From Spirochaetaceae bacterium (lineage in GTDB: Bacteria; Spirochaetota; Spirochaetia; DSM-2461), in contig OZ245056.1 in assembly GCA_965224705.1 (NCBI GenBank), positions 224,001 through 288,000 on the forward strand: 64,000 nt of DNA, in the 5' to 3' direction. Within the stretch, counting starts at the first letter, position 1. Each line of letters opens with the position of its first letter. The notes below the pieces were generated by a model, which had not been told where the DNA came from, did not search any database, and was given only the letters and a program-made list of their open reading frames with translations. Positions 48,981 through 58,944 of the stretch are shown here, one piece after another. The translations under genes and the position numbers were made by a program.

Positions 48981-50351
48981 CTATTTTCCCGGATTGTTTT
49001 CAATCAAAGATTGTTGAGTATACTCTTCTGGAATCTGTCTGTTGGTTGTGATACCCAGGTCTTTCAGCATCTGGGCCTGACGAATGAGATTGCCCCGCCC
49101 GGAAGACAATTTGCCTTTCGCACTCTCAAAGCTTCTACCGGCCTGAGAAATGCGGCTGCCTACATTTTCAAAATCTTCAACAAACCCAACAAGTTTATCA
49201 AACAGAGCCGTTCCTCTCCGGGCAATTTCCAGAGCATTACGGCTGCGTTGTTCCTGCCTCCATAGCTGCATGACGATTCGCATCACAAACAGTAGTGTTG
49301 AGGAACTGACTAACAGGACATTGTTTCTCCATGCGTCTTCCCAGATCCTGCCATCTTCGGAAAGAGTCAGCATGAAAGCCGGTTCCAGAGGGATGAACAT
49401 GATAACAAAATCGGGAGATTTCTCTTCATACAGTTTGTGATAGTCCTTTGCAGCCAGTTCTTTCATGTGTGTTCTTACAGAGGATAAATGTGCCTTCAAA
49501 GCTTCCGCCTGTTCCACAGCATCATCTTTATTTATGTAGTCATCATAGGCATTTAAAGAAACCTTGGAATCGATAATCATATGCCGGTCTTCCGGCAGAT
49601 GTATAACCACATCAGGCTGGACACGGCTGCCGTCGTCCCGTGTATGACTCTCCTGAAGCGTGTATTCCTCGCCTTTCCGTAAACCGGAAACCTCCAGAAT
49701 GCGTTCAAGTATCATCTCTCCCCAATTCCCCTGGGCCTTGCTGTCCCTTTTAAGCGCATTGGTAAGGTTTGATGCTTCCTGAGAAAGTCTGTCATTCATT
49801 TCCATGAGTTTTCTGATCTCATCTCTCAGCGAATGACGTTCCTTACCTTCATTTTCATAGTTCTCCTGTATCTTTGTCTGAAATTCCCCAAGCCGTTCCT
49901 TGAGTGGATTCAGTATTTCACCTATACCTGTTTTATTCTGTTCCTGAAAAGCACGTGTTTTCTCATCAAGGATATTGTTGGCCAATACCTTGAAATGATT
50001 TGTTAATTCCTCTCTTGCTTCCTTTAAGAGTTTGATCTTTTCTTCATACTGATCCCGGTCACTGCTCAGTTCCTGCATGGCAAGGGCAAGCTGCCTTTCC
50101 AGGTTGGCGATACTTCTATCCCGTACTGAAAGATCATTTTTACAGGAGTCAAGTCTTTCTTCAAGAGATTTATTCTCCTCCGTCAGCCTCATTTTATCCC
50201 TTTCAAAACCTGCTGTTCTTTCTTTGAGGACGGCATTGTCAGCGGCCAGACCACCTCTATTGTCCGGGCGGCTCCGTCGGACTGCCAGAACAATTCCAAT
50301 GGTTAGAATGAATACAAGGACAACGAGAAGAGTGAGTATAAGGTTTACCAT
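48981..50351 (-). CDS. rmuC: DNA recombination protein RmuC
   Basis: QGNWGEMILE, PDVVIHLP, IIDSKVSL, DFVIMFIP.E. Confidence 0.95.
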   Translation of the reverse strand: MVNLILTLLVVLVFILTIGIVLAVRRSRPDNRGGLAADNAVLKERTAGFERDKMRLTEENKSLEERLDSCKNDLSVRDRSIANLERQLALAMQELSSDRDQYEEKIKLLKEAREELTNHFKVLANNILDEKTRAFQEQNKTGIGEILNPLKERLGEFQTKIQENYENEGKERHSLRDEIRKLMEMNDRLSQEASNLTNALKRDSKAQGNWGEMILERILEVSGLRKGEEYTLQESHTRDDGSRVQPDVVIHLPEDRHMIIDSKVSLNAYDDYINKDDAVEQAEALKAHLSSVRTHMKELAAKDYHKLYEEKSPDFVIMFIPLEPAFMLTLSEDGRIWEDAWRNNVLLVSSSTLLFVMRIVMQLWRQEQRSRNALEIARRGTALFDKLVGFVEDFENVGSRISQAGRSFESAKGKLSSGRGNLIRQAQMLKDLGITTNRQIPEEYTQQSLIENNPGK

Positions 50352-50432
50352 GAATGCCTCCGGCCTGTGGAATCATTATCTCATTCCAGTCATCTTATCA
50401 ACCATGACAGCCTGACTATTGAAGGTGCAGGA

Positions 50433-51137
50433 TTACCGGGGAACAATTTCTGTTCCGACAAACTCCTTCCCTGCAATGATAGCCTGAAGATTGTTAAGGT
50501 TTCGGCCATCAGCCGCAATAACAGTCAATCCGATTTCTGCGGCTTTTTTCGCTGCCACCGGATCAAAAGGCATACTGGAACCTGGTGTCCATTTATCCTG
50601 GATCATTGATTTATACTCCTCCCAGGTAAGTCGAATCAAGGGCTTTGCCTGGGGATTGTTCTGAGGATCCGAATCATATACATGGGGAATATTGGAAAGC
50701 ATCACGACACGCTGAACTGAGAACCTCTCTGCAAGAATAACCGCATCGCAGTCAGTGGAGAAGCCAGGTTTCCAACCGGCAGCAATCAGTACCCGGCCTG
50801 TAAATTGAAAATCTGATGTGGGATCGGTCACAACAGGATCAAGGCAAAGTGAGCCAAGAATGCTCCGCATGAGTTCTGCATTGAGTCTGGTTGCCATCAC
50901 ACCCACCCAGTCCAATGAGTCCGAAGGAGTCCGGGGTGCTATCTCAGAAACGGCTTCCTGCCAGGCTCTGGCAGCTCCGCCGCCGCCTGTTACCATTATA
51001 AGTCGTTGTGAAGAGTCATCTTCAAGCCATTTCTGTATAAAAGCCAGGAAATCTTTCAAGAAAGATGTATCTGGAGAATCTGGAGCAATTATGGATCCTC
51101 CAATATCAAGAACAGCCAGTTCACCATGATTATTCAT
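50433..51137 (-). CDS. pyrH: UMP kinase (archaeal/spirochaete type)
   Basis: IGGS, GGGG.AR, ATRLNA, GWKPGFSTD, PFDPVA. Confidence 0.93.
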   Translation of the reverse strand: MNNHGELAVLDIGGSIIAPDSPDTSFLKDFLAFIQKWLEDDSSQRLIMVTGGGGAARAWQEAVSEIAPRTPSDSLDWVGVMATRLNAELMRSILGSLCLDPVVTDPTSDFQFTGRVLIAAGWKPGFSTDCDAVILAERFSVQRVVMLSNIPHVYDSDPQNNPQAKPLIRLTWEEYKSMIQDKWTPGSSMPFDPVAAKKAAEIGLTVIAADGRNLNNLQAIIAGKEFVGTEIVPR

Positions 51138-51248
51138 AACTTCCCCTGAGAATTACACATCATACCTGGACTATCCCTGTTCCGTACAGTGTTGACTCTT
51201 GACGATAAGGAGGAAAAAGCTATTAATACAGTGTATGAGGTTTACTTT

Positions 51249-51926
51249 TTGATTCGTTTAACCCATGTCGCTGCATTGTGTTTTATATCAGTATCGTTGA
51301 GTCTTTCGGCCCAAGAAACCGCTTCACAGTATTTTGATACAGTTTCTGAGCATTACAAAACTATTTCTGACTATACTGCAAATCTCACCATATCTCGCGG
51401 CACTGAGGTACAAACAGCTGTGGCACAGTATAAGAAACCCAATCTTCTCCGACTTGATTTCTCAAATCCTGCCGGCATGGTTATAGCGGTCAATAGTGAG
51501 AAGCTCATGGTGTGGGTCCCTGGATACAGTGTTACATTTGAGCAGGATTTACGCCCTGATGCTCAAGAACAGACGGGCACTCTGGCAACTCCTGGCGGAT
51601 TAGCATTATTGGCTCGGTATTATACAATTGCCTATGCAGAAGATCCCGCTCCGGTTGCTCTTGAAGCAGGCTCTTCTGAACGGGTAATGAAGCTGAGATT
51701 AAACTGGAAATCCAATAACGAGGGGTTTAGAGAACTGATAATAAGTGTTAATTCCAATAACAAAATGATACGCCGCATAGAAGGCCGCACAACAACAGGT
51801 GCAAGGATAGTCTTTGATTTTACCAATATCGTACTAAACAGCGGGATACCAGATACCCGTTTTGATTACGAAAGCCCGCCCATTGGGAACTCCATCGAAA
51901 ACTTTCTATTTGATCCGGGGAATTAG
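51249..51926 (+). CDS. LolA-like lipoprotein carrier (start uncertain)
   Basis: Signal peptide; YKKPNLLRLDFSNP, FTNIVLNSGIPDTRF. Confidence 0.8.
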   Translation: MIRLTHVAALCFISVSLSLSAQETASQYFDTVSEHYKTISDYTANLTISRGTEVQTAVAQYKKPNLLRLDFSNPAGMVIAVNSEKLMVWVPGYSVTFEQDLRPDAQEQTGTLATPGGLALLARYYTIAYAEDPAPVALEAGSSERVMKLRLNWKSNNEGFRELIISVNSNNKMIRRIEGRTTTGARIVFDFTNIVLNSGIPDTRFDYESPPIGNSIENFLFDPGN

Positions 51927-51930
51927 AAGC

Positions 51931-53025
51931 ATGAAGTCAATCGGAGACTCATTGAGAACCGCTCGTGAAGAACAGGGAATCTCGATAGACCAGGCAATAA
52001 AAGAAACTCATATCTCACGGCGATACTTAATAGCTCTGGAAGAAGAGGATTTCGATGTTTTTGCCGCCGATGCCTATCTGGTTGGTTTTCTACGTAATTA
52101 CTCTGACTATCTTGGATTGCTGACAGAAAGAATTCTGGGTCAATATAAAAACTACAAGCTGAATGAAACACCGGCACCCCTGGCAGAACTCATCGGTCCA
52201 CCCAGGGGATCAATCGCCAGGAAAGTTGTGCTGTGGGCGATCCTCATTCTTTTGCCTGTTACCGCAGGTATTTTCAGCCTGCCATATATATCAGCCTGGT
52301 TCAAAGATTTTCGCGAGCAGAGGCTGAATGAATCAGTAGAAGAAAAACCGCTGAATCAGCAGATTCGACCCACATTGCCTCTCTGGGAAGGAGAAGTTTA
52401 TCCAGGAGATACCCTGATCCTTGAAGATTCAGAAAAGGATCTAACACTCCTCCTGTCCAATGGCAAAGATCATCTTAATCTGGATGCAGGGGAAACTGGC
52501 AACTGGTCAATGCTGCCTGGTGAAGAAATATACTTCCCTGGAAATGATGGCCTCTCACAGTGGCGTGTATACCTGAAGGAATCCGGGCTTGCCGGAAATG
52601 GAGCCATTATAGAAATACAACAGCTATCAAGACTGGCCTCAGAGGATTTAATTCTGACAGAAGAATTAGTGATTACACCTCCAAGCGGAGTTGTAGAACG
52701 TCAGCGTGAACCTCGTATAATCCTGAGTGCCGGGACTCCGGTGAACTACTCCATTAGATTTGAATTTCAAAGCTTCTGTCTGCTCAGATACCAGGTGGAC
52801 AATGGTGATGCATTGGAGAATACATTCACAGATGGCGATGCAATACAACTCAATGTCAATAATGCAATAAAGGTCTGGGCATCCAATGCCGGTTCGTTCA
52901 ATACCAGGATCAATGATGAAGAGTTGAGGTTTGGACGTCGCGGTGAAGTAACGGTGGGGGTGATTCGATGGCTGTGGGACAAAGAGAACGGGATCTACAA
53001 CCTGACACTGTTTCCCCTGTACTGA
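51931..53025 (+). CDS. RodZ-like HTH membrane protein
   Basis: IGDSLRTAREEQG, ISRRYLIALEEE, YLVGFLRNYS.YLGL, TM helix, SNAG. Confidence 0.85.
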   Translation: MKSIGDSLRTAREEQGISIDQAIKETHISRRYLIALEEEDFDVFAADAYLVGFLRNYSDYLGLLTERILGQYKNYKLNETPAPLAELIGPPRGSIARKVVLWAILILLPVTAGIFSLPYISAWFKDFREQRLNESVEEKPLNQQIRPTLPLWEGEVYPGDTLILEDSEKDLTLLLSNGKDHLNLDAGETGNWSMLPGEEIYFPGNDGLSQWRVYLKESGLAGNGAIIEIQQLSRLASEDLILTEELVITPPSGVVERQREPRIILSAGTPVNYSIRFEFQSFCLLRYQVDNGDALENTFTDGDAIQLNVNNAIKVWASNAGSFNTRINDEELRFGRRGEVTVGVIRWLWDKENGIYNLTLFPLY

Positions 53026-53033
53026 TCCAATCC

Positions 53034-54389
53034 TTATTCACTTATCCTGGCACTGTCATATCGAACAACGATCCAACTGCCCTTTGAACCATCAGGACGG
53101 GAAAGCCGGAACGTATACTGGTTTTTTTGTTTCAGCGGACCGGCATTGGTTGGATAGACTTTCGTATTCATTACAACAACGCTGCCGGATACATCCGTGT
53201 AGTTAACGCTGATGATTTTCCAATCCTCCAGATCGGTCAAAGGCAACAAACCGGAATCAAGTTCACCATCGATAATTCTCTGCCGATAATCGGTGAGAGC
53301 AAGTTGATGCTCTGTTGAACTCATATTTTTCCATTTGTATGAGTATTCAGGTAGATTCATCACTAAATCTTCAATGCGATAATAACGAAAAACAACATCC
53401 CAATCACCACGGGTTACGGCATCAATCAGGGTTGAGATGACTTCGGCCGGATGCAATGCGTGAATCCTGAAATTCTGTGTTGTATCGGATGAAATTCCCA
53501 TCGGGAGTGTTTCAATCCGTCTTATTGACCAATAACCATCTTTCTTATGAAGGTAAAATCTGAGATCCCGTTCAAACACCTCACCGTATGTATTGTATTC
53601 AGCCGTAAGAAATACAATGGCTTCATCTCTGTAAACCTGTGATGATTGAACTTCAAAGCTGTTCAAAGGAAGATCCAATCCGGGCAATAACCGCCACGAA
53701 CCTCGAATGAGAGATTTCTCAAGAATATCCGGGCTGGAGATTGCTGGCAGATTTCGTGTCAGTGATTCTATATCCAGGTAGATGATGGCCCGGTTGAATC
53801 TGGACATTGAATGGTTCTCTATTGTCTCCAGAACAGTACTGACAGGATCAAGATCACGGCTGATGAGGGCTCTGCGGACTGAATCATCAATCTGATCCTT
53901 CCATGTATTATCAGTTTCAGGAAGAATGTTGAGATCCAGTACTGTTTCAGCTTGAAGAGTCTTCATATTGAGTCCTCTTAATCCAGGATAGAAAAAACCC
54001 TCCAGACGATACTGCTCCGCCTGGGGAATATCCACCCAATCATTGAGAGTAACGACCATTGAAAGCTCCTGCCCCGGTGAAAGGTTAAGAACTCTGTAGG
54101 CCCCGGGATTGTTCACGGCCATAGCAAAACCTTCAGCAGGATCCATAACCTCACCAGTCAGAGTACGAAGATTGAATCCAAAGCTGTGGCGTAGATCACT
54201 GGCAAGATAAAATGATTCATCCTGGGCATTTATGACGGCTGTATTTGTGAGTGTTAATTTCAGCTCAATGGGATCGCCTGGATAATAGATGTTCTTGTCG
54301 TAATAGCGTATACTGAAGCTGACGTCCGCAGAAGCATAAAAAACTCCTGTTATGACAATGAGAAAAAATGTTATCAGTCGTTTCAACAT
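53034..54389 (-). CDS. Hypothetical exported protein
   Basis: Signal peptide, long ORF, FSIRYYDKNIYYP. Confidence 0.75.
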   Translation of the reverse strand: MLKRLITFFLIVITGVFYASADVSFSIRYYDKNIYYPGDPIELKLTLTNTAVINAQDESFYLASDLRHSFGFNLRTLTGEVMDPAEGFAMAVNNPGAYRVLNLSPGQELSMVVTLNDWVDIPQAEQYRLEGFFYPGLRGLNMKTLQAETVLDLNILPETDNTWKDQIDDSVRRALISRDLDPVSTVLETIENHSMSRFNRAIIYLDIESLTRNLPAISSPDILEKSLIRGSWRLLPGLDLPLNSFEVQSSQVYRDEAIVFLTAEYNTYGEVFERDLRFYLHKKDGYWSIRRIETLPMGISSDTTQNFRIHALHPAEVISTLIDAVTRGDWDVVFRYYRIEDLVMNLPEYSYKWKNMSSTEHQLALTDYRQRIIDGELDSGLLPLTDLEDWKIISVNYTDVSGSVVVMNTKVYPTNAGPLKQKNQYTFRLSRPDGSKGSWIVVRYDSARISE

Positions 54390-54443
54390 CAAGATCTTCC
54401 TTGAAAGGTCGCAGTTATTCATTTTCCTTATCGGCAGGACTCA

Positions 54444-57400
54444 ATGCTCAATGAATTCAAGTCAGCAATAAAACAGGCTCTTGATCTTGAAACGGACTGG
54501 AAATCGCTGAGAAGGGACTGGTGCGAAGGACTATTTCCAATAGAGGTAAAGGGAACTCCCGGCCCCTGGACTGCATCCCTCCTCTCAAATCTTACCTCTA
54601 TCACCAGAGGGAATCTCCTTGTCGTCGTGCCGGATGACAATGATGCCCGAACCCTGATAAATGATCTGAGTCTGTTTACCAGTTCAGGGCTATTATTTCC
54701 ATGGTGGGGAACCATGCTGTACAGGGGAGTTTCCCCCCATTCATCAATTTTCGGACAGCGGGCCACTGTTTTAGCAGAAATGGCATTGGGAGAGAAGAAC
54801 ATTTTTGTTGCCCCTCTTAGGGCTGCTCTGGGTCATGTCCCTCCGCCTTCGGTGATTCGCAGTTCTTTGATTCAAGTTAAGACAGGGAGCCCTTTTGATT
54901 CAATCAATACGGAAATGCAGCTTATTCGTTTTGGCTACAATCGAGTTCCTCGAGTGAGTGTTCCAGGAGAATTTGCTCTTCGGGGGGAGGTGCTCGACAT
55001 CTATCCTCCTGGGAACGAGGAGGCCGTCCGCATCGTGTTTGAATGGGACAGGGTAGAAGAAATCAGGCTGTTCAATCCTTTTACTCAAGTCAGATCCAAC
55101 GATCTGGATTGCATTCTTCTACATCCGCTCAAGGAAATCCTCTGGGATGAAAACAATATCAATGCCATTATACCCTACCTGCATGGAGATCAGGGCAGTT
55201 CCATTCTGGAATCCCTGGAAATCAGCGGAGTATTTCGCGGTGAAGAATTATTCTATCCTCTTTTGTTTGAACAGCCAGCCAATCTTCAGGATTACCTGGA
55301 TGACAACGGCGTTACAGTTTTTCTGGGGAATGAGCGTCTCGTCAGTACTGAAGTCAATATGCTCAGGGAGTATGAAGTACTGTACCAGGATGCTCTCGAA
55401 AGTGAACAGCTCGTACCGGAACCAGGACAGATTCTGACTTCCCTGGAAGAAATGAAGAATGCCAGAGAACGTCGAATTGAGTTTTACTCCCTTAATACAG
55501 ATGCTTCAACTTACAACCTCTCCTGTAAGCCGGGACGTTTCTTTCTTGGAGATATTGCAGCCATGAAGGAGGAATTGACATCACTCCTTGACAATGGATT
55601 CCAGATATTCATTTTTGCGGAAAGTGAATCCCAATCTCAGCGTATTTCATATCTGCTCCGTGATATTGAAGGAATTCAAGTTGGTGCAGCCGCGATTTCA
55701 GCCGGATTCATTCTCTCGGAAGCCAGAATAATTGCTATTGGGGAAAGTGAAATTTTTGGCCGCCGGAAAAATGCTCCCGCATCGGTCATTGAAACACAAA
55801 GCGAAATCATTGACACTTTTGTCGACCTTGATCCGGGAGATTTTGTTGTTCATATCAACTATGGGATCGGGCTGTTCAAAGGTATAAAGCGCATTCAATC
55901 CATGAAAACCGAGAGGGATTACATTGAATTGGAGTATGCCGATGATGAAACAGTTTTTATACCCATTGAGCAGGTCAATTACATACAGAGATACATAGCC
56001 GGTGAGAACCGTACCCCGCGGCTGGACCGTATGGGTGGAACCTCATGGAAAAGGAAAAAAAATAGAGCAAAGAAATCGGTATCTGATCTGGCAGATCGGC
56101 TTGTCAAACTCTATGCTCACCGCCAGACAGTCACTGGCTATGCCTTCCCCAAAGATGATGACTTTCAAGTGAGTTTTGAAGCATCATTCCCATGGCAGGA
56201 GACAACAGATCAATTGACTTCCATTGCAGAGGTTAAGATGGACATGGAAAAACCCGGCCCCATGGACCGGCTGATCTGTGGCGATGTTGGATACGGAAAG
56301 ACGGAAATAGCCATGCGAGCGGCTTTCAAGGCTGTTATGGGGGGACGGCAGGTGGCCTGTCTTTGTCCAACCACCATACTTGCTGAGCAGCATTTCGAGA
56401 GTTTCCTGGAACGGTACAAACGGTTTCCTGTAAGGATTGCCATGTTGAGCCGTCTGGTCCCTCCGGTAGAACAAAAAAAAATCCTGAAAGGAATAGCCGC
56501 CGGTGATATTGAGATTGTCATTGGTACTCATCGCATTCTTTCCAGAGATGTTAACTTCAAAAATATTGGTTTGATTATAGTCGATGAGGAGCAGCGATTT
56601 GGTGTTAAAGACAAGGAGCGGCTCAAGGAACTGAAGGTTTCCGTTGACTGTCTTACTCTGTCTGCGACCCCCATTCCTCGAACTCTGCACATGTCCCTGG
56701 TGAAACTTCGGGATATGTCACTCTTGAAGACAGCTCCCAGTAACCGGATTCCAATTGAAACATTCGTCCAGGCATTTGATGAGGACTTGATTGCCAATGC
56801 TATACGTCGGGAGGTGGAAAGAGGCGGGCAGGTTTTCTTCCTTCACAATCGTATTGAAAGCCTTGAACAAATGCAGATCTTCCTGAGAAAACTTGTCCCT
56901 GAAGTCTTCATTGAAATTGCCCATGGCCGCATGTCCCCCAGGAATCTGGAAAGCATCATGCACCGGTTTGTCCACGGTGCGTTCCAGGTTCTCGTATCAA
57001 CAACCATCATTGAGAACGGGATCGATATACCAAATGTCAATACAATAATCATTGATAGGGCTGATATGTATGGTATAAGTCAGCTATACCAGTTACGAGG
57101 CCGGGTGGGACGATCCGGTCGACTGGCTTATGCCTACCTTCTGTATCAAAAGAATAAAGAAATAAGTGAACTGGCAATGAAGCGGCTTCAGGTGATTAAT
57201 GATTTCACTGAGTTGGGCAGTGGATTCAAAATTGCAATGAAGGACCTGGAGGTAAGGGGTGCCGGCAATCTTCTCGGTTCAGAGCAAACGGGAGATATCT
57301 GTGCCGTTGGTTTTGACTTATACTTGAAGCTCCTGGAAGAGGCCATCCTTGAACGAACAGAATCAAAAAGTGAAGAGATCAAGCATGAGACGTACCTTGA

Positions 57401-57824
57401 ATTGGATTATTCCGGTTTCATTCCGAATACCTATATTTCCGATGACTCAGAAAAAATGGAAATCTACAAGAAAATCGCCGCAGTTTCCAATGATGATGAG
57501 CTTCAGAGGCTGCATGCCAATCTCCATGACAGATACGGTCCTCTGCCTGATGAAGTGCACAGCTTGATTTCCATAGCAGAGATACGAGTTATCTGTAGTA
57601 AACTCAAGGTGATCAGTCTCAAGGAACGCAAGGGACATGTTGCAGTCATCTTCAGCAAAGTCTCACTGATCTCAGTCGATAAAGTTATGAGACTTATGAA
57701 TTCTTCCAGAGGACGTGTCAAACTGGACCCTTCCAGACCTGATGGTCTGTTCCTGGAAACCGGGGAAGTGCACCTGAAGGAGAAATCAATGTTTATCCGT
57801 GAATACCTGGAGAAGCTGCTCTGA
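54444..57824 (+). CDS. mfd: Transcription-repair coupling factor
   Basis: GEFALRG, VVHINYGIG, DRLICGDVGYGKTE, DEEQRFGV, QLRGRVGRS, DLEVRGAGN. Confidence 0.97.
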   Translation: MLNEFKSAIKQALDLETDWKSLRRDWCEGLFPIEVKGTPGPWTASLLSNLTSITRGNLLVVVPDDNDARTLINDLSLFTSSGLLFPWWGTMLYRGVSPHSSIFGQRATVLAEMALGEKNIFVAPLRAALGHVPPPSVIRSSLIQVKTGSPFDSINTEMQLIRFGYNRVPRVSVPGEFALRGEVLDIYPPGNEEAVRIVFEWDRVEEIRLFNPFTQVRSNDLDCILLHPLKEILWDENNINAIIPYLHGDQGSSILESLEISGVFRGEELFYPLLFEQPANLQDYLDDNGVTVFLGNERLVSTEVNMLREYEVLYQDALESEQLVPEPGQILTSLEEMKNARERRIEFYSLNTDASTYNLSCKPGRFFLGDIAAMKEELTSLLDNGFQIFIFAESESQSQRISYLLRDIEGIQVGAAAISAGFILSEARIIAIGESEIFGRRKNAPASVIETQSEIIDTFVDLDPGDFVVHINYGIGLFKGIKRIQSMKTERDYIELEYADDETVFIPIEQVNYIQRYIAGENRTPRLDRMGGTSWKRKKNRAKKSVSDLADRLVKLYAHRQTVTGYAFPKDDDFQVSFEASFPWQETTDQLTSIAEVKMDMEKPGPMDRLICGDVGYGKTEIAMRAAFKAVMGGRQVACLCPTTILAEQHFESFLERYKRFPVRIAMLSRLVPPVEQKKILKGIAAGDIEIVIGTHRILSRDVNFKNIGLIIVDEEQRFGVKDKERLKELKVSVDCLTLSATPIPRTLHMSLVKLRDMSLLKTAPSNRIPIETFVQAFDEDLIANAIRREVERGGQVFFLHNRIESLEQMQIFLRKLVPEVFIEIAHGRMSPRNLESIMHRFVHGAFQVLVSTTIIENGIDIPNVNTIIIDRADMYGISQLYQLRGRVGRSGRLAYAYLLYQKNKEISELAMKRLQVINDFTELGSGFKIAMKDLEVRGAGNLLGSEQTGDICAVGFDLYLKLLEEAILERTESKSEEIKHETYLELDYSGFIPNTYISDDSEKMEIYKKIAAVSNDDELQRLHANLHDRYGPLPDEVHSLISIAEIRVICSKLKVISLKERKGHVAVIFSKVSLISVDKVMRLMNSSRGRVKLDPSRPDGLFLETGEVHLKEKSMFIREYLEKLL

Positions 57825-57926
57825 TTGCCCCATGATAAGGGAACCTCTCATACCGTCGTCCAGTGTTGATGCCGTGCATATCTGATTTTCTGATCCCTGA
57901 CCAGAGAAAAAGGGCAATTCGGATAC

Positions 57927-57956
57927 TTGACAAATTCCGTGAATCGACCGGATAAT
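57927..57956 (+). promoter_or_regulatory. Sigma-70-like promoter of the xdh-family operon
   Basis: TTGACA-N18-GATAAT. Confidence 0.5.
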
Positions 57957-58062
57957 AGCTCATAAAACATGATTGGTGGTCGTTGTAGTCAGCATATCTG
58001 CAGCGGCGTCAAGGCAGTCAGACTTTCTCGCAAAGAGCCGCCGTCAAAAGGGGGTCAGTATT

Positions 58063-58944
58063 ATGCCAACCTGGCAACATTACCACATAGCACGATCAAC
58101 TGATGATGCTCTACGTGCGCTAGGAGAAGCTGTCGGCAGTACCCGGATTATTGCTGGCGGATCGGATTTCCTGCTGGACATTCAGCAGGGTCGTCATGAA
58201 GAAATACACACTCTTGTTGATGTCAATGATATACCTGATATGAGAGTTCTGGAAATTCGCGGCAATGAGCTGTTTATCGGAGCTTCTGTACCCCATAAGG
58301 TAATTACACAATCCTCCCTGGTTCGTGAACACGGGGAAGCCCTGGCTACAGCCAGCGGGCTTATAGGCGGTCCGCAAGTTAGAAACACTGCAACCATCGG
58401 CGGAAATGTCGCCCATGCACTTCCAGCCGCTGACGGAACCATAGCCCTCATGTCTCTTGATGCCAGAGCTGAGATAACATCGGACAGAGGGAAAAGACTT
58501 GTCCAGATGAAGGATCTTTTTCAAGGCCCCGGAAAGAATACGCTCAACCAGAAAACAGAGATTCTTACAGGTTTCAGCTTCTTCCTGAAGAAGAAGGGAC
58601 AGGCCTCCGCCTTTAATCGCATAATGAGGCCTCAAGGAGTTGCCATTGCCATCTTAAATCTATCAGTCTGGATTGAAAGGCAGGGAGAGACAATCACAGA
58701 TGTCCGGATAGCAATTGGTCCTTCCGGTCCAATACCACGGCGCATAATGCTTGCCGAAAACTCTCTGAAGGGAAAGCCCCTGACGGACAGTTCTATTGCA
58801 GAAGCTGGCAAGGCAGCTCTGGACGATGTGCAGGTTCGTACAAGTCGGCACAGGTCAACAAAGGAATACAGGCAAGCCATGGTTGGTGTACTTCTGAAAA
58901 AAACACTCACCGAAGCCTGGGAAAGAGCGGGAAGGTCAGTATGA
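58063..58944 (+). CDS. Xanthine dehydrogenase family FAD-binding subunit
   Basis: IAGGSD, QVRNTATIGGN, PAAD, RSTKEYR. Confidence 0.92.
   Translation: MPTWQHYHIARSTDDALRALGEAVGSTRIIAGGSDFLLDIQQGRHEEIHTLVDVNDIPDMRVLEIRGNELFIGASVPHKVITQSSLVREHGEALATASGLIGGPQVRNTATIGGNVAHALPAADGTIALMSLDARAEITSDRGKRLVQMKDLFQGPGKNTLNQKTEILTGFSFFLKKKGQASAFNRIMRPQGVAIAILNLSVWIERQGETITDVRIAIGPSGPIPRRIMLAENSLKGKPLTDSSIAEAGKAALDDVQVRTSRHRSTKEYRQAMVGVLLKKTLTEAWERAGRSV

Noticed and set aside
57960..58060. Purine or xanthine riboswitch in the xdh leader
   Set aside because: Some pairing (gcggc/gccgc) but no recognisable consensus
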